Shown here piece by piece: positions 15,353-25,000 of a stretch of 56,981 bases of DNA; position 1 is the first letter of the stretch; each line of letters begins with the position of its first letter. A program made the translations under genes and the position numbers. Under the pieces are notes generated by a model. It saw only the letters and a program-made list of their open reading frames with translations. It did no database searches and had not been told where the DNA came from. The DNA comes from Eubacteriales bacterium (GTDB taxonomy: Bacteria; Bacillota; Clostridia; Oscillospirales; JAAYXM01), in the NCBI GenBank assembly GCA_045533555.1, contig JAZSHZ010000209.1, positions 1 through 56,981 of the forward strand, in the 5' to 3' direction.

Positions 15353-17389
15353 TCAATCAATGCAAATGAGCGCATATCCCGAGAAGATATCTCCCGGAAC
15401 ATTGATTTTCATGCGGTTGCCCGCAATTTCAAATGAAAGCGCGATTTCGTCGGCAATTTCGGGAGTTGCAAGTCGAACAGTTTTCGGAGCAAAGCCTTCG
15501 CAAAGCTCAACGGACAATTCAACCGCCGGAATCTTTTCTGCTCCCTCTGCAAAATCCTTGATGATATCCGAATGCCAGACAGTGCCTTCTGTTTTGGAGA
15601 CTGTGTTTTTATGATTCATAAGATGAATGCCTAACGCATCGGAAACCTTGAATGCAGTTGCAAGAACATCTTCGTTTTCACAGCTGACCAAAACTTTCGG
15701 ACTTCCGATTACATCCGCAAACATTTCCTTGATGCATTCTCTCTGCGCTTCTCTCTTTGATGGAATCGCACTTCCCGATTCGGGGATTTCCTGACGGCGC
15801 TCTGCCCATACCCATTCCTGGAAAAGCTCCGTCGGAATCTGCTTACTTGTATGTATGATTCTTCCGTTTCCGAAATCAGTTGTCGCATTCTTTGCAAAAG
15901 CGCATCCGAGGGCATCGAAAATCTCTTTGTCGCATCTTGTGCTTACGTCCGAGCGCCTTGTCGCAAACTCTCCGCTTATAAAGAGAATTCCTCCCTGCTT
16001 TACATATTCACCGAGTTTTGCAAGCTCGATATCATCGAGCACCAAAACATTCGGAGCGACAATAAGCTTATGACGGCAAAGCTCCTCGACGCTATCGTCT
16101 TCCATAACCATATCGACGCCGAGATTTGAAAAATATGCGCCCTGAATTCCCGCCATAAGGCGATATGAATATTCATGGGGATCGGGGATGCAATCGCGCG
16201 TCTTGAGTGAGAAATAAAAACTCAGATCGCGATACTTTTTCGGCAATTTATAATATCTTGCATATTCCTTTTCAAAATCACGGTAAGGCTTTTCAAGATT
16301 GGAAATGTCGTGTCCCTCGTGCGTTCCCGTATACATCTGCCCCCAGGAGCGTGAAAGCGCCCAGGCAAAATATACGTTATCGGGACGGTCGGGATAGAAA
16401 AGCGACATTGAAGGAACGCCATATCTTTCCGCCGCCGCAAAGCGATGGACGGATTCCGCAAAATAGTCGGGGTATGATTCCTTCATAACGGAGGAGAAAC
16501 AGTTTTCCTGCATTATGACATCCCACATATCAAGGCAACGGTCGAAGGAATAGAAGGAGTTGTTCTCACGAACTACCGTTGAAGCATAGTTCCAGCGCAT
16601 AAGCGAAACGCCCTCTGATTCATAAAGCTTTGTGAGATCGCGATACATCTCCGCCGTGCTCTCAAATTTGAACATTTTCCATGCGACAAAAACAGGGTCG
16701 TCATAGTTATTTATGAATTTATCCCAGTTTTCCGGAGACGGAAGAGTATAGCCCGTTTTCTCAAAGAACTTCTTGCGGCAATGTTCACAAGCGCAGGCAT
16801 TTTCTCCGAAATACTGGATATCATCATTCATAATACCGTCAATACCCGTTTTGCAGACATCCTTCATATGATTGAAATAAATCTCGCGGTAATCGGGGTT
16901 ATTGAAGCACATTGCATATGCGCCATAGCGGTTGACGACCGGCTCACCCGTTGCGCCGTCTATCTGCAAAAACGTTCTTATATCCTTGCCCTCAATCATA
17001 AAATCCGTTGTGAGGAACGGGAAGATTTTTTTCCATGTATCATAGCTTATGTGTCCGCCTGAGCTGTAGGTTGCACGCATATTTTCAAATTGCTTCCATC
17101 CGTTTGGCGAGAGGAAAGCAAAAGTAAGATGTGAGCTTGCATGCTCGTGAACCCGAAGCCCGACCTTATGGCAGGCAATAACTACCTTGCGGATAGCCTC
17201 GATGATATCCTTCCAGTATGGGTAAAACGTCAGACGAAAATGGGTTATGCCGAAGTTTTCAACGTCGGTTACTCCGTTATCCTTCAACATCTGCGCCTGA
17301 CGGTCAAAATCCTCCTGAGTATATCTGAAAATCTGCTCATCATTGAGCCAGAACCAGCTTAAATTCGCATTCCATAAATCCTTTTTCAT
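15353..17389 (-). CDS. GH42/GHL6-like glycoside hydrolase with trimerisation-like C-domain (678 aa), no signal peptide
   Basis: MCFNNPDYRE and GIMNDDIQYFGENACACEHCRKKFFEKTGY resemble the GH42 strand-4 region and its C.C..C zinc cluster (16778-16795). LIVAPNVLVLDDIELAKLGEYVKQGGILFISGEF resembles the Glyco_hydro_42M domain. The start is moved to MKKDLW (ATG 17387-17389) because it has SD GGGAG 9 nt upstream, and the longer ORF would begin upstream of the predicted -10. Confidence 0.7.
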   Translation of the reverse strand: MKKDLWNANLSWFWLNDEQIFRYTQEDFDRQAQMLKDNGVTDVENFGITHFRLTFYPYWKDIIEAIRKVVIACHKVGLRVHEHASSHLTFAFLSPNGWKQFENMRATYSSGGHISYDTWKKIFPFLTTDFMIEGKDIRTFLQIDGATGEPVVNRYGAYAMCFNNPDYREIYFNHMKDVCKTGIDGIMNDDIQYFGENACACEHCRKKFFEKTGYTLPSPENWDKFINNYDDPVFVAWKMFKFESTAEMYRDLTKLYESEGVSLMRWNYASTVVRENNSFYSFDRCLDMWDVIMQENCFSSVMKESYPDYFAESVHRFAAAERYGVPSMSLFYPDRPDNVYFAWALSRSWGQMYTGTHEGHDISNLEKPYRDFEKEYARYYKLPKKYRDLSFYFSLKTRDCIPDPHEYSYRLMAGIQGAYFSNLGVDMVMEDDSVEELCRHKLIVAPNVLVLDDIELAKLGEYVKQGGILFISGEFATRRSDVSTRCDKEIFDALGCAFAKNATTDFGNGRIIHTSKQIPTELFQEWVWAERRQEIPESGSAIPSKREAQRECIKEMFADVIGSPKVLVSCENEDVLATAFKVSDALGIHLMNHKNTVSKTEGTVWHSDIIKDFAEGAEKIPAVELSVELCEGFAPKTVRLATPEIADEIALSFEIAGNRMKINVPGDIFSGYALICID

Positions 17390-17436
17390 TTTTGTTTCTC
17401 CCTTCGCGCATGACTGCATATCATAATTCGGCATAC

Positions 17437-17499
17437 ATTATATCATATTCAACATAACAACGCTATACATAATCTTATACAAAATTTATATAAGATTAT
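17437..17499 (-). promoter_or_regulatory. Promoter of the GH42-like gene with second copy of the 23-bp block and an 11-bp inverted repeat
   Basis: Extended -10 TGATATAAT (17437-17445, minus strand). The block ATTTTGTATAAGATTATGTATAG (17463-17485) is 22/23 identical to 15303-15325 and again lies 20 nt from the hexamer. ATAATCTTATA (17469-17479) and TATAAGATTAT (17489-17499) form a perfect inverted repeat with a 9-bp spacer. Confidence 0.5.
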
Positions 17500-17511
17500 A
17501 TAACATCAGGG

Positions 17512-17540
17512 TTGTTTTTAAAAATCCGTTGTGATATAGT
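17512..17540 (+). promoter_or_regulatory. Candidate promoter of the cyclase-family gene
   Basis: TTGTTT (17512-17517), 17-nt spacer containing TG (17532-17533), TATAGT (17535-17540). About 35 nt upstream of the ATG at 17576, with SD AGAGGG. Confidence 0.4.
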
Positions 17541-17575
17541 TTTCGCAGAAACAGTTTGAAAGAGGGTTTTATAAT

Positions 17576-18217
17576 ATGAATATCATTGATCTCACTCATC
17601 TTATTTCGGAAAATATGCCCGTCTATCCGGGAACGGAAAAGCCGAAGCTCACACCCGCAACGACGCTTGAAAATGACGGTTTTCGTGAAACATTGCTCAA
17701 TATGTATTCCCACACGGGAACGCATATGGATACTCCGGGTCATCTTCTTGAGGATGCGGCAATGCTTGATGAGCTTCCCTCCTCGACCTTCGTCGGAAGC
17801 GCGCTTATTATTGATTGCCGCGATCTTCGCGAGGGTGACACCGTCCCGCTCTCGCACATCACAAGATACGGCGAGGATGCCGAAAAGGCGGAGTTTTTGC
17901 TCTTCAATTTCGGATGGGACAGATTCTGGAACGATGAAAAATATTTCGGTGATTACCCCTATCTCGGCGAAGATGCCGTCGATTATATCATAAAGACTAA
18001 GAAAAAAGGAGTCGGCCTTGATGTTATCGGAATTGACCCAATTTCGGATTCGGCTCTCTCAATACACAAGAAGCTTTTCCGAAGCGGAAACATCGTCGTC
18101 ATTGAAAACCTTTGCAATCTCGACAAGGTCGGAAGCGGTCTCTTCACATTTGCGGCGCTTCCGCTCAAATATGAAAACTCAGACGGTGCGCCCGTCCGCG
18201 CTATCGCAATAAAATGA
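17576..18217 (+). CDS. Cyclase family protein (kynurenine formamidase-like metal hydrolase, 213 aa)
   Basis: Diagnostic H.GTH.D.P.H motif (YSHTGTHMDTPGHLL) near the N-terminus. The size and the ...IENL.NLD... C-terminal block are typical of the putative cyclase family. Confidence 0.85.
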   Translation: MNIIDLTHLISENMPVYPGTEKPKLTPATTLENDGFRETLLNMYSHTGTHMDTPGHLLEDAAMLDELPSSTFVGSALIIDCRDLREGDTVPLSHITRYGEDAEKAEFLLFNFGWDRFWNDEKYFGDYPYLGEDAVDYIIKTKKKGVGLDVIGIDPISDSALSIHKKLFRSGNIVVIENLCNLDKVGSGLFTFAALPLKYENSDGAPVRAIAIK

Positions 18218-18219
18218 AT

Positions 18220-18261
18220 AAAACAAAAACGGCAATGCTGATGCATTGCCGTTTTTGTTTT
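18220..18261. terminator. Bidirectional rho-independent terminator (cyclase gene / giant B)
   Basis: 19-bp perfect stem aaaacaaaaacggcaatgc/gcattgccgtttttgtttt with a 4-nt loop and A/T runs on both sides. Located between the convergent stops at 18215-18217 (+) and 18334-18336 (-). Confidence 0.8.
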
Positions 18262-18333
18262 ATATTGGTTGGTGTAAGCCTTGTCATTTCGAGCGCAGCC
18301 GAGAAATCTCAACTGCCGAATGAGATTTCTCTC

Positions 18334-19060
18334 CTACTTTACGAAATCGAGGATTCGCTGAATCAGAACTGCGGCTTTCGCGCGTACTGTGATTGCCTGC
18401 GGGCCAATAAGACCGTTCTTGCCGTTTACAAGCTTTGCATTGACAAGTGCCGATACTGCTTCTTTTGCATAGTCTGCGACTTGGTCAAAGTCGGGAGCTT
18501 GCGGGACGTCGAGGACGCCGTCCCCTACATTGATTTTGTTCATTCCCACAAGTGCTCTGTAGACGATTACCATCATATCCTGACGGGTGATGTTGCTCTT
18601 CGGTGCGAATTTATTCTCACCGATGCCGTTGACAACACCTGTGTTGCGGGCTACCGCAAGTTCTTTTGCAAAGTAGTCGGAAGCGGAAACATCCGCGAAG
18701 TTTTCTTCGCTCTCGGATGCTAACTTAAATTCGCGGACGAGGAGGATTGCGAAGTCTGCGCGTGTTATGTTAGCCGCGGGCGAGAATGTATTCTCGCTCG
18801 TTCCCTTTATGATTCCTTCATCTGCAAGAGCATTGATAGCGTCAGCCGCCCAATCGTGAGCACCGAGGTCAATAAAGCGGACGTTTCCGGCTCCCTCTCC
18901 GAGGGAGCCGTCGGCATCGCCGACTGAGGGAGTTTTATCTACATTGTCTGTGGAGGACATTGAATCATCCTTATCCTCCGGCTTTGTTGCGGGGATGGTC
19001 GGTGTGCTTGTTCCCGGTGTCGAGGGTGCGCCGGAGCTTCCGCCGCCACCGCCTGTGGTT
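18334..19060 (-). repeat. Dispersed SLH-anchor plus linker cassette, copy B
   Basis: The 3' end encoding SLH x3 is near-identical at nucleotide level to copies A, C and D. The linker part (tccggctccctctccgagggagc.gtcggcatcgccgactgagggagttttatc) is shared with C and D but not A. Confidence 0.85.
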
Positions 19061-22000
19061 GCACCGTAGACATCGACATAGAAATGTATTGTTTCCTGTC
19101 TTCCATATTCATCAATTGCAGTAACCGCGAAATGGTTCTTTCCTATCTGCGAGCTTGTCGGCTTCCAGACGATTTTGCCTGTTTCCGCATCGATGCTTGC
19201 TCCGCGCGGCAACATCGCCGCTTCATAGGTTATCGCGGGTGCATTTTCCTCTATCGGGCTTCTTGCTTTGATATCGACTACTATCTGACTTCCTGCCGTT
19301 GTCGAAAGCTTCTCACCTACTGCATCGAATATCGGCTTGAAGTTTTCCGCTTCCGTGAGCGGAATTCTTGCAGGCTGATTCTTTTCTATGATATAGATAT
19401 ATCCCTTATCCATATCATATTCATCCTTATATCTGCGAACCGTCGTGACATCACCGACATTGAGTCTGATATCGTTTCCGCTGCGCTCGGCGCTCTTTAT
19501 CTGCCATGCACCGCTTCGGTTTTCTACTCCGTTGTCAACAAAGACATATTTTCCGGGAAGATTTGCTAAAACATCATCGGAAACTTCGCTATCCGGAGTT
19601 ATCGAAATAAAGTTCTCAAACGCAAGCTCTTCCGTGAACGAGGAAACAGTTCCCTCAATTGATGCCGTTTTTCCCGTTTCCTCTCCGAGAATATCACCGT
19701 CGTGGAGATATTTATAGGTATTTATGCCGTTTGCAACCGTCCATACACCGAGGAAGCCGCGGAACTTGAGTGTGCTTCTGTCATCAAGCGTTATCTCATA
19801 TGTTACCTTATTGTTCGTTGACCAGAGAACATAATCGACTCTGCCGTTCTCGTGTTCAACACGTACTGCGCGGTGGTCATCATCCGCACCTTCTGCAACA
19901 TCGCCTGCGACGCGCATCTCAATTTCATCGGAATTCTTAAGATAACGGTTATGGCGGTAAGGCTCAAGAACCGTTGTGAATGTCGTGTCGAGATTCTTTC
20001 CTTCGTTCTTTATAAGGACATACTTGAATTTGTCAATCGCCTTATTTGCTGCCTTATCCGGCGGATAACCGTCCGCAATTGAGATCTCCGCATCTGCACC
20101 GTTCTTTACGTTGCTGTCATTGAGCACTGTCATATGGAGGTGGAGACCCGTTCCGTCCATCAGGCTCTTTCTGAAATCCTTTATTGCAAAATCAATTTCA
20201 ACGCGATTTTCGGGATCCGTGTCGCGGTCAACATTCTTAAGCCAGGTATATCCGCGCGGGAATATCGTTTCATATGTCCACTGGTTCGGAGAATTCGGGT
20301 CATTGCCGTATTCCGCTTCGAGGACGACTTCGTTCTCACCGAGAACCGCATCCTCTGTATATCTGCGGACAGCGCCCGTTTCCGTATCCTTGATATACTT
20401 TGCATTTCTGCCTGCGTATGTTCCCTTGTAGTTTCCGTTTTCATCAAGCTGTGAGCCCGAAATATAATTTCCGTTTTCATCCTCAATGAGGGTGAAATCA
20501 AGGCCGACAGTCTCTGCAATTTCGTTTGATGCGGCATGGAATGAATAGAGCTGCTTATTTCCGCCGAGAACTCGGAAGAAGTCTATCACATATGAATTCT
20601 CGTCATCAACGTGAACCATGACAACGCTTCTGCGATATTCGCTTACGCTGTCATTGACGTAAGGTGCGGAAACATCCATTACCTGAACATCCTCGCCATA
20701 GTCAAAGTGGAGTGATTCGCCTCGGGGCTCATCGGGAGCACTCGTTTCCTTGTCATCAACGATGACAACGTTATGCGAAATCGATCTTCCGACCCACTGG
20801 AGACGGTTCGGCGTGTAGCTCGTTTCCTCCGGATATCCGAGATCGGGGAGGAGTTCGAGCCCGAATGCAGTCATTCCGAGTCCGAGATTATCGTTATGCG
20901 CATGGCCATCACTTGTTCCGAAATACATCCATGCATTTCTTGTCGTATCGATCGAGTTCTGATTGTTTGTGCCCTTATATTCGCCGCCATCGCGAAGAAT
21001 TGCATAGCCGAAGTTTGTCATTGCCTCGGATGTGCGGACGAGAGTTCCGTGATTGTCAATAACCGTCTGAACTTCTTTTGCAAGGCGCTCCGGATCACGA
21101 GTATAGATATTATAGTGAAGTCCCGTGCTCTTATTGCCGTTTATGAGATAGAGCATCTGCGCGAAAACGGGGTCACCAAGTCTTGAGAAGCCCTGAATGA
21201 GCTGGTTCTGCTCATACCACTGACTCGAGGTCATCGTCGAGAACGTATCGCCGATATTTACCGAGTGGTTACCCGTTACAAGCGGAAGGTTACTGTAGAA
21301 CATTTTGACGAATTTCGGGTTGTTATAGAGGCTTGCTGCCGAATAGCCGTCATAACCGTCGAGAACCTCCTGAACGCTGATGAGCGTCGTGTGCCAGTCC
21401 GCATTATATTCCGAACCTTCGTTACCCTGACCGTCCGCGTCAACCTCGTCTACAAGACGTGTGCTGATACCGCCACCGTCGCTTCTGCCATTTCTACCCC
21501 AGCCCGGAGCCATAAGATAGTCAAGCCAGTATTTCGTGTCAGGCATTGTGTCGAGGACAACTGCCGCAAGCGCATTCGTTCTCTGCGGATAACCGAAGTT
21601 ACCTGCGATCTTGCAATCGGGAAGCGCATTGAGTACGCCGCGGAGGATTCCGTCTTCGACATTCGTTCTTATCTGCGAAGCCGTTTTCTTCGAATGGCGC
21701 ATCTTGATCGTTTCCGCTTTTTTGCTGATATAATTTACGACAAACGGATCATCATAGCAATCGAAGACCATATCATATGCTTCGATATATTTATTCATCT
21801 GAGTTCCTTCCCAGATGTTGCCGAGGATTTTTCCCTTTCCTGTTCCGCCGTCGGAATGGGTTACATTGTTGCCCCATATCGAGCGGTCAAAATCGGGATA
21901 GAAGTCTGCCATACGGTCAAGAAGTATTGCCGCGGCCTGACCGTATTTCTTCTCGCCGGTGAAGAAATATGCGTTTGCAAGATAGGAGATCGCATTCTGT

Positions 22001-25000
22001 ATCGCGCCGCCGCTTCCGCCGTCTCCGCGCCAGAGACCATAGTGGCTGTATTCCGCGATATATGTGTGTCTTTCTGCGCGGTTGTCATTCTTATAGTATG
22101 TTCCGTCGAGCTTTCTCGGAACATAACCGTGGCCGTCATCGACGCCCCACGTTTCCGTCGTCTCGCCCTCGCGGAGACCCTGATTTGCATTGAGAGTCTT
22201 GACATCCTCAAGATTATCATAGAGCTTATTTACGAGATATCCGTTCTTATCACCGTAGCCATAGTAGGGATACCATTCCGTTGTCCATTCGTTTTCCGGC
22301 GCGACGCATTCGCATTCAGCATTCGCATCGCCGTGGTGAACGAGCGCATGGTGCTTTGTAAGCGCGCGCATTCTGTCAAACTCGCCGTATTCGTTGAGTC
22401 CGAGCTTATAGAACGAGCCGAAATCATTTGTCGGGAAGTTTCTTCCGCAATCGGGGCAGATTATCTTCCATTCATTCACGAGCGAGTTATGCTTCCACGG
22501 ATATGTTCCGTATTTCGCAGTAATCTTGACTCCGCAATAGCGGCAATATCCATTATAAGGATCACTCTTTGCTCCGACGCCCGAGCTTCGCGGAACGCCC
22601 TCGGAGTGGATCATATTATAGAGCTGATCAAGTCTTTCGACATAGCGATCGGCTTTCTTGACGTTTGATTCAACTTCTTTTTTCGCCCACGAATATGTTG
22701 AATAATTTTCCCTTGCAGCTTCCGCTTTTTCCGCTGTCATATAGGATGAGCGGCTCTTGCCCCATACTACGGGAAGAGTTACATCACGCGAAATCGTTCT
22801 TCCGCTGTGGGTTGCGGTTATGCGGAAGATCGCATCACCTTCGGCAATCGGGAGTATTTCATTATCACCGATTATCTGCGCCTTATCGGGCGTGAGGCAT
22901 TCCGTCGTGAAGGTAAGCTCATCGGGGTCAAATTCGTTTCCGAGGTTCGTGAACGCTCTGACATAGAGCGGCACCGTGTCATTTTCCTTATCCGTCAGGC
23001 GGATATATTTGCTTCCGCCCGCGGTTGCGGCGATCTCGTTTATTCCTTCGGGAATAACCTCAAGATCAATATGGGATTCGACACACTCGCTGCTTCCGTT
23101 GATATGAGCTTTGGCGGTTATGCGGACATTTCCCGCCTTCTTTGCCTTGATATTCATTCCGTCAATCTCAGCAACTTCCTCATTTCCGGAGGAGAGCTCC
23201 GTTATGACCGCAGGGGTGTTGAACTCAGTTCCGTCGGAAAGCTTCGGTATCGCGGTTATCTTAACGGTGTCACCCTCAAATATCTCCTCCTGCGAGACCT
23301 TCGTCTCAACGGAGGTAAGCGCAAGCTTCGGAAGCGGATAGAATCCGAAGTTGTTTATATTGACATAGAGGTGATTCTTATAGTTTACACTGCCGTTTGA
23401 AATATTGAAGTTTTCAGGTCCCTGAAGAGCCTCATTGAGGCCGTTACATTGCCAGATGAGATAATACTCACCCGCAGTATCAACCGTTATATTCTCAAAG
23501 CTTTCCGTCTTCGTCTCGCGCACGGTGCTGTACATATCGTGCTTTGCGATGAGATATTCCTCCTTGTCCGGAAGAGCTTTGAGCATCTTTGCGACATTTG
23601 CCGCCGTTGTGAGATCGGGGTATGAGCTTGCATCGACAACGGATTTCGGGATGAGATACGTGTCAAAGATACAAAGTGTATTTTTCGTATCATAGGTTAT
23701 TGCCGGTGTGAACGTTCCTGTTCTGTTTATCTTGATGAGCGCCGCAACGGTAATGTCCTGACGCGCGGTATATGTTCCGCCCTCAAATGTTCCGTTTTCA
23801 GAATCGACGGTTGCACCCATATATCTCGCGGCACGGTAACCATAGGCATGCCACGTGAGTGAATGCGGGAGAGAATTTGAGCCCGACGAAGAGCTCGTTA
23901 CCTTCTCGCTTCCCGTTACGGAGAGCCAATACTGAAGGTTTGCACCGCTGACGATCTGCCACGGATCGGTGTTATATTCCGCATATCCGAGAGTCGGAAG
24001 CTTTGCCTTCACTATTTCCTCGTTCAAATCATAGCTGCTTGCGCTGAAGTTATAGACGAGGCCATCAAGCTCGCGCCTTACCTCCACGGGGACGGAAAGC
24101 ACTATCGGATCGCCGTTTTCGTTTGTTGCGGATGCGGAAACGGTTGTCTTACCGACAGCGACCGCCGCCATATTTCCGTTTTCATCAACAGTTACGACGG
24201 AATCGTCTCCGCTCTGATAGCTTACTTCATAATTTGCGATATCGCCCGCTTTTCCGTTTGACATAATTGCGGAAATGCCGATCGCTGCGGAGCTGTTGTT
24301 TTCATCGTTTTCAAAGAAAACGAAATTCGGCTTTGCCGCCTTGAAGCTTTCAAGATAGGGCTTGCCTTCAACGATAATATCGACCGAGTCGGATACATTG
24401 CTTCCCTTGACGGTTGCCGTTATAGTCGCATTACCTTTTGCGATTGCGGTTACAACGCCATCCTTATCGACGGTTGCGATATTATCATCGGAGGATTTAT
24501 ATTCAATTTCATATTCACCTGTCGGGATATCTCCGTTTGAGAGCCACATTTCGACAGATGAAGTTGCGCTTCCTCCCTCGGAGAGCGTCGTTTCGCTGAG
24601 CGTAAGCTCAAGCTTTCCGATTTCGGGGCGCGCGATCGCACCCTTATGGTGGAGGTCGAATGAATAGAGGTTGACATATATTGCAGGTCCGTTTGCATTT
24701 TCATATTTTGCCGCAAGCTTTTCATTGAGACCGTTTGAAAAGAAGAAGAGGACATATTCGCCTGCCTTCTCAACAACATAGTCATCAAGGAAGCTCGTCT
24801 TTGTTCCTGCAGTCTCGCCGTACATATCAACGTTGCCAATAAAATAATTCGTGATTCCCGGGCGAACCGTTGATGAAAGCGCCGAATTCGCAAACTTGAG
24901 GCGGTTTCTGTAGTTTCCGATAAGCTCGCTCCACGGAACGAGATAGACCTCATAAATGCAGAGGTCGGGGCGTGCATGATATGTAACCGTCGGGATGAAT

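Noticed and set aside
17390-17434. N-terminal extensions offered by the ORF track (GH42-like to 17434, giant B to 25449, AraC-B to 30208, partner C' to 50391, GH127 to 52299, panE-like from 53335, phosphohexomutase to 55933, AraC-A to 15272, ORF 888-1697).
   Set aside because: In each case an internal ATG has a well-spaced GGAGG-type SD and begins with a plausible N-terminus (signal peptide or family-typical start). The extension lacks an SD or would begin upstream of the predicted promoter. The exact starts remain unverified.
18283-18331. An 11-bp hairpin gagaaatctca/tgagatttctc (18301-18331) directly after the giant B stop. It is preceded by gtcatttcgagcgcagcc, which gives the antisense peptide RFLGCARNDK in the ORF track and vaguely resembles short repeat-derived pseudo-ORFs I have seen annotated in other genomes.
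   Set aside because: It occurs once in the window and has no U-tract. The bidirectional terminator at 18220-18261 explains termination. The resemblance is from memory only and cannot be tested here.
18214-18723. Three mutually similar + strand ORFs (18214-18723, 33481-33873, 40318-40908) that could look like a conserved small-protein family.
   Set aside because: Their similarity is a by-product of the near-identical SLH-coding cassettes on the opposite strand. The ORFs span terminator hairpins and have no SD.
21265-22668. Long + strand ORFs lying antisense inside the giant genes and other minus-strand genes (for example 21265-22668 467 aa, 6980-8023 347 aa, 51334-52302 322 aa, 37975-38778, 36565-37314, 313-1083).
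   Set aside because: Each lies wholly inside a minus-strand gene with strong domain evidence. Their translations are Cys/Arg/Ile/Phe-rich and low in complexity with no recognisable motifs, and they lack SDs. These are typical shadow ORFs.
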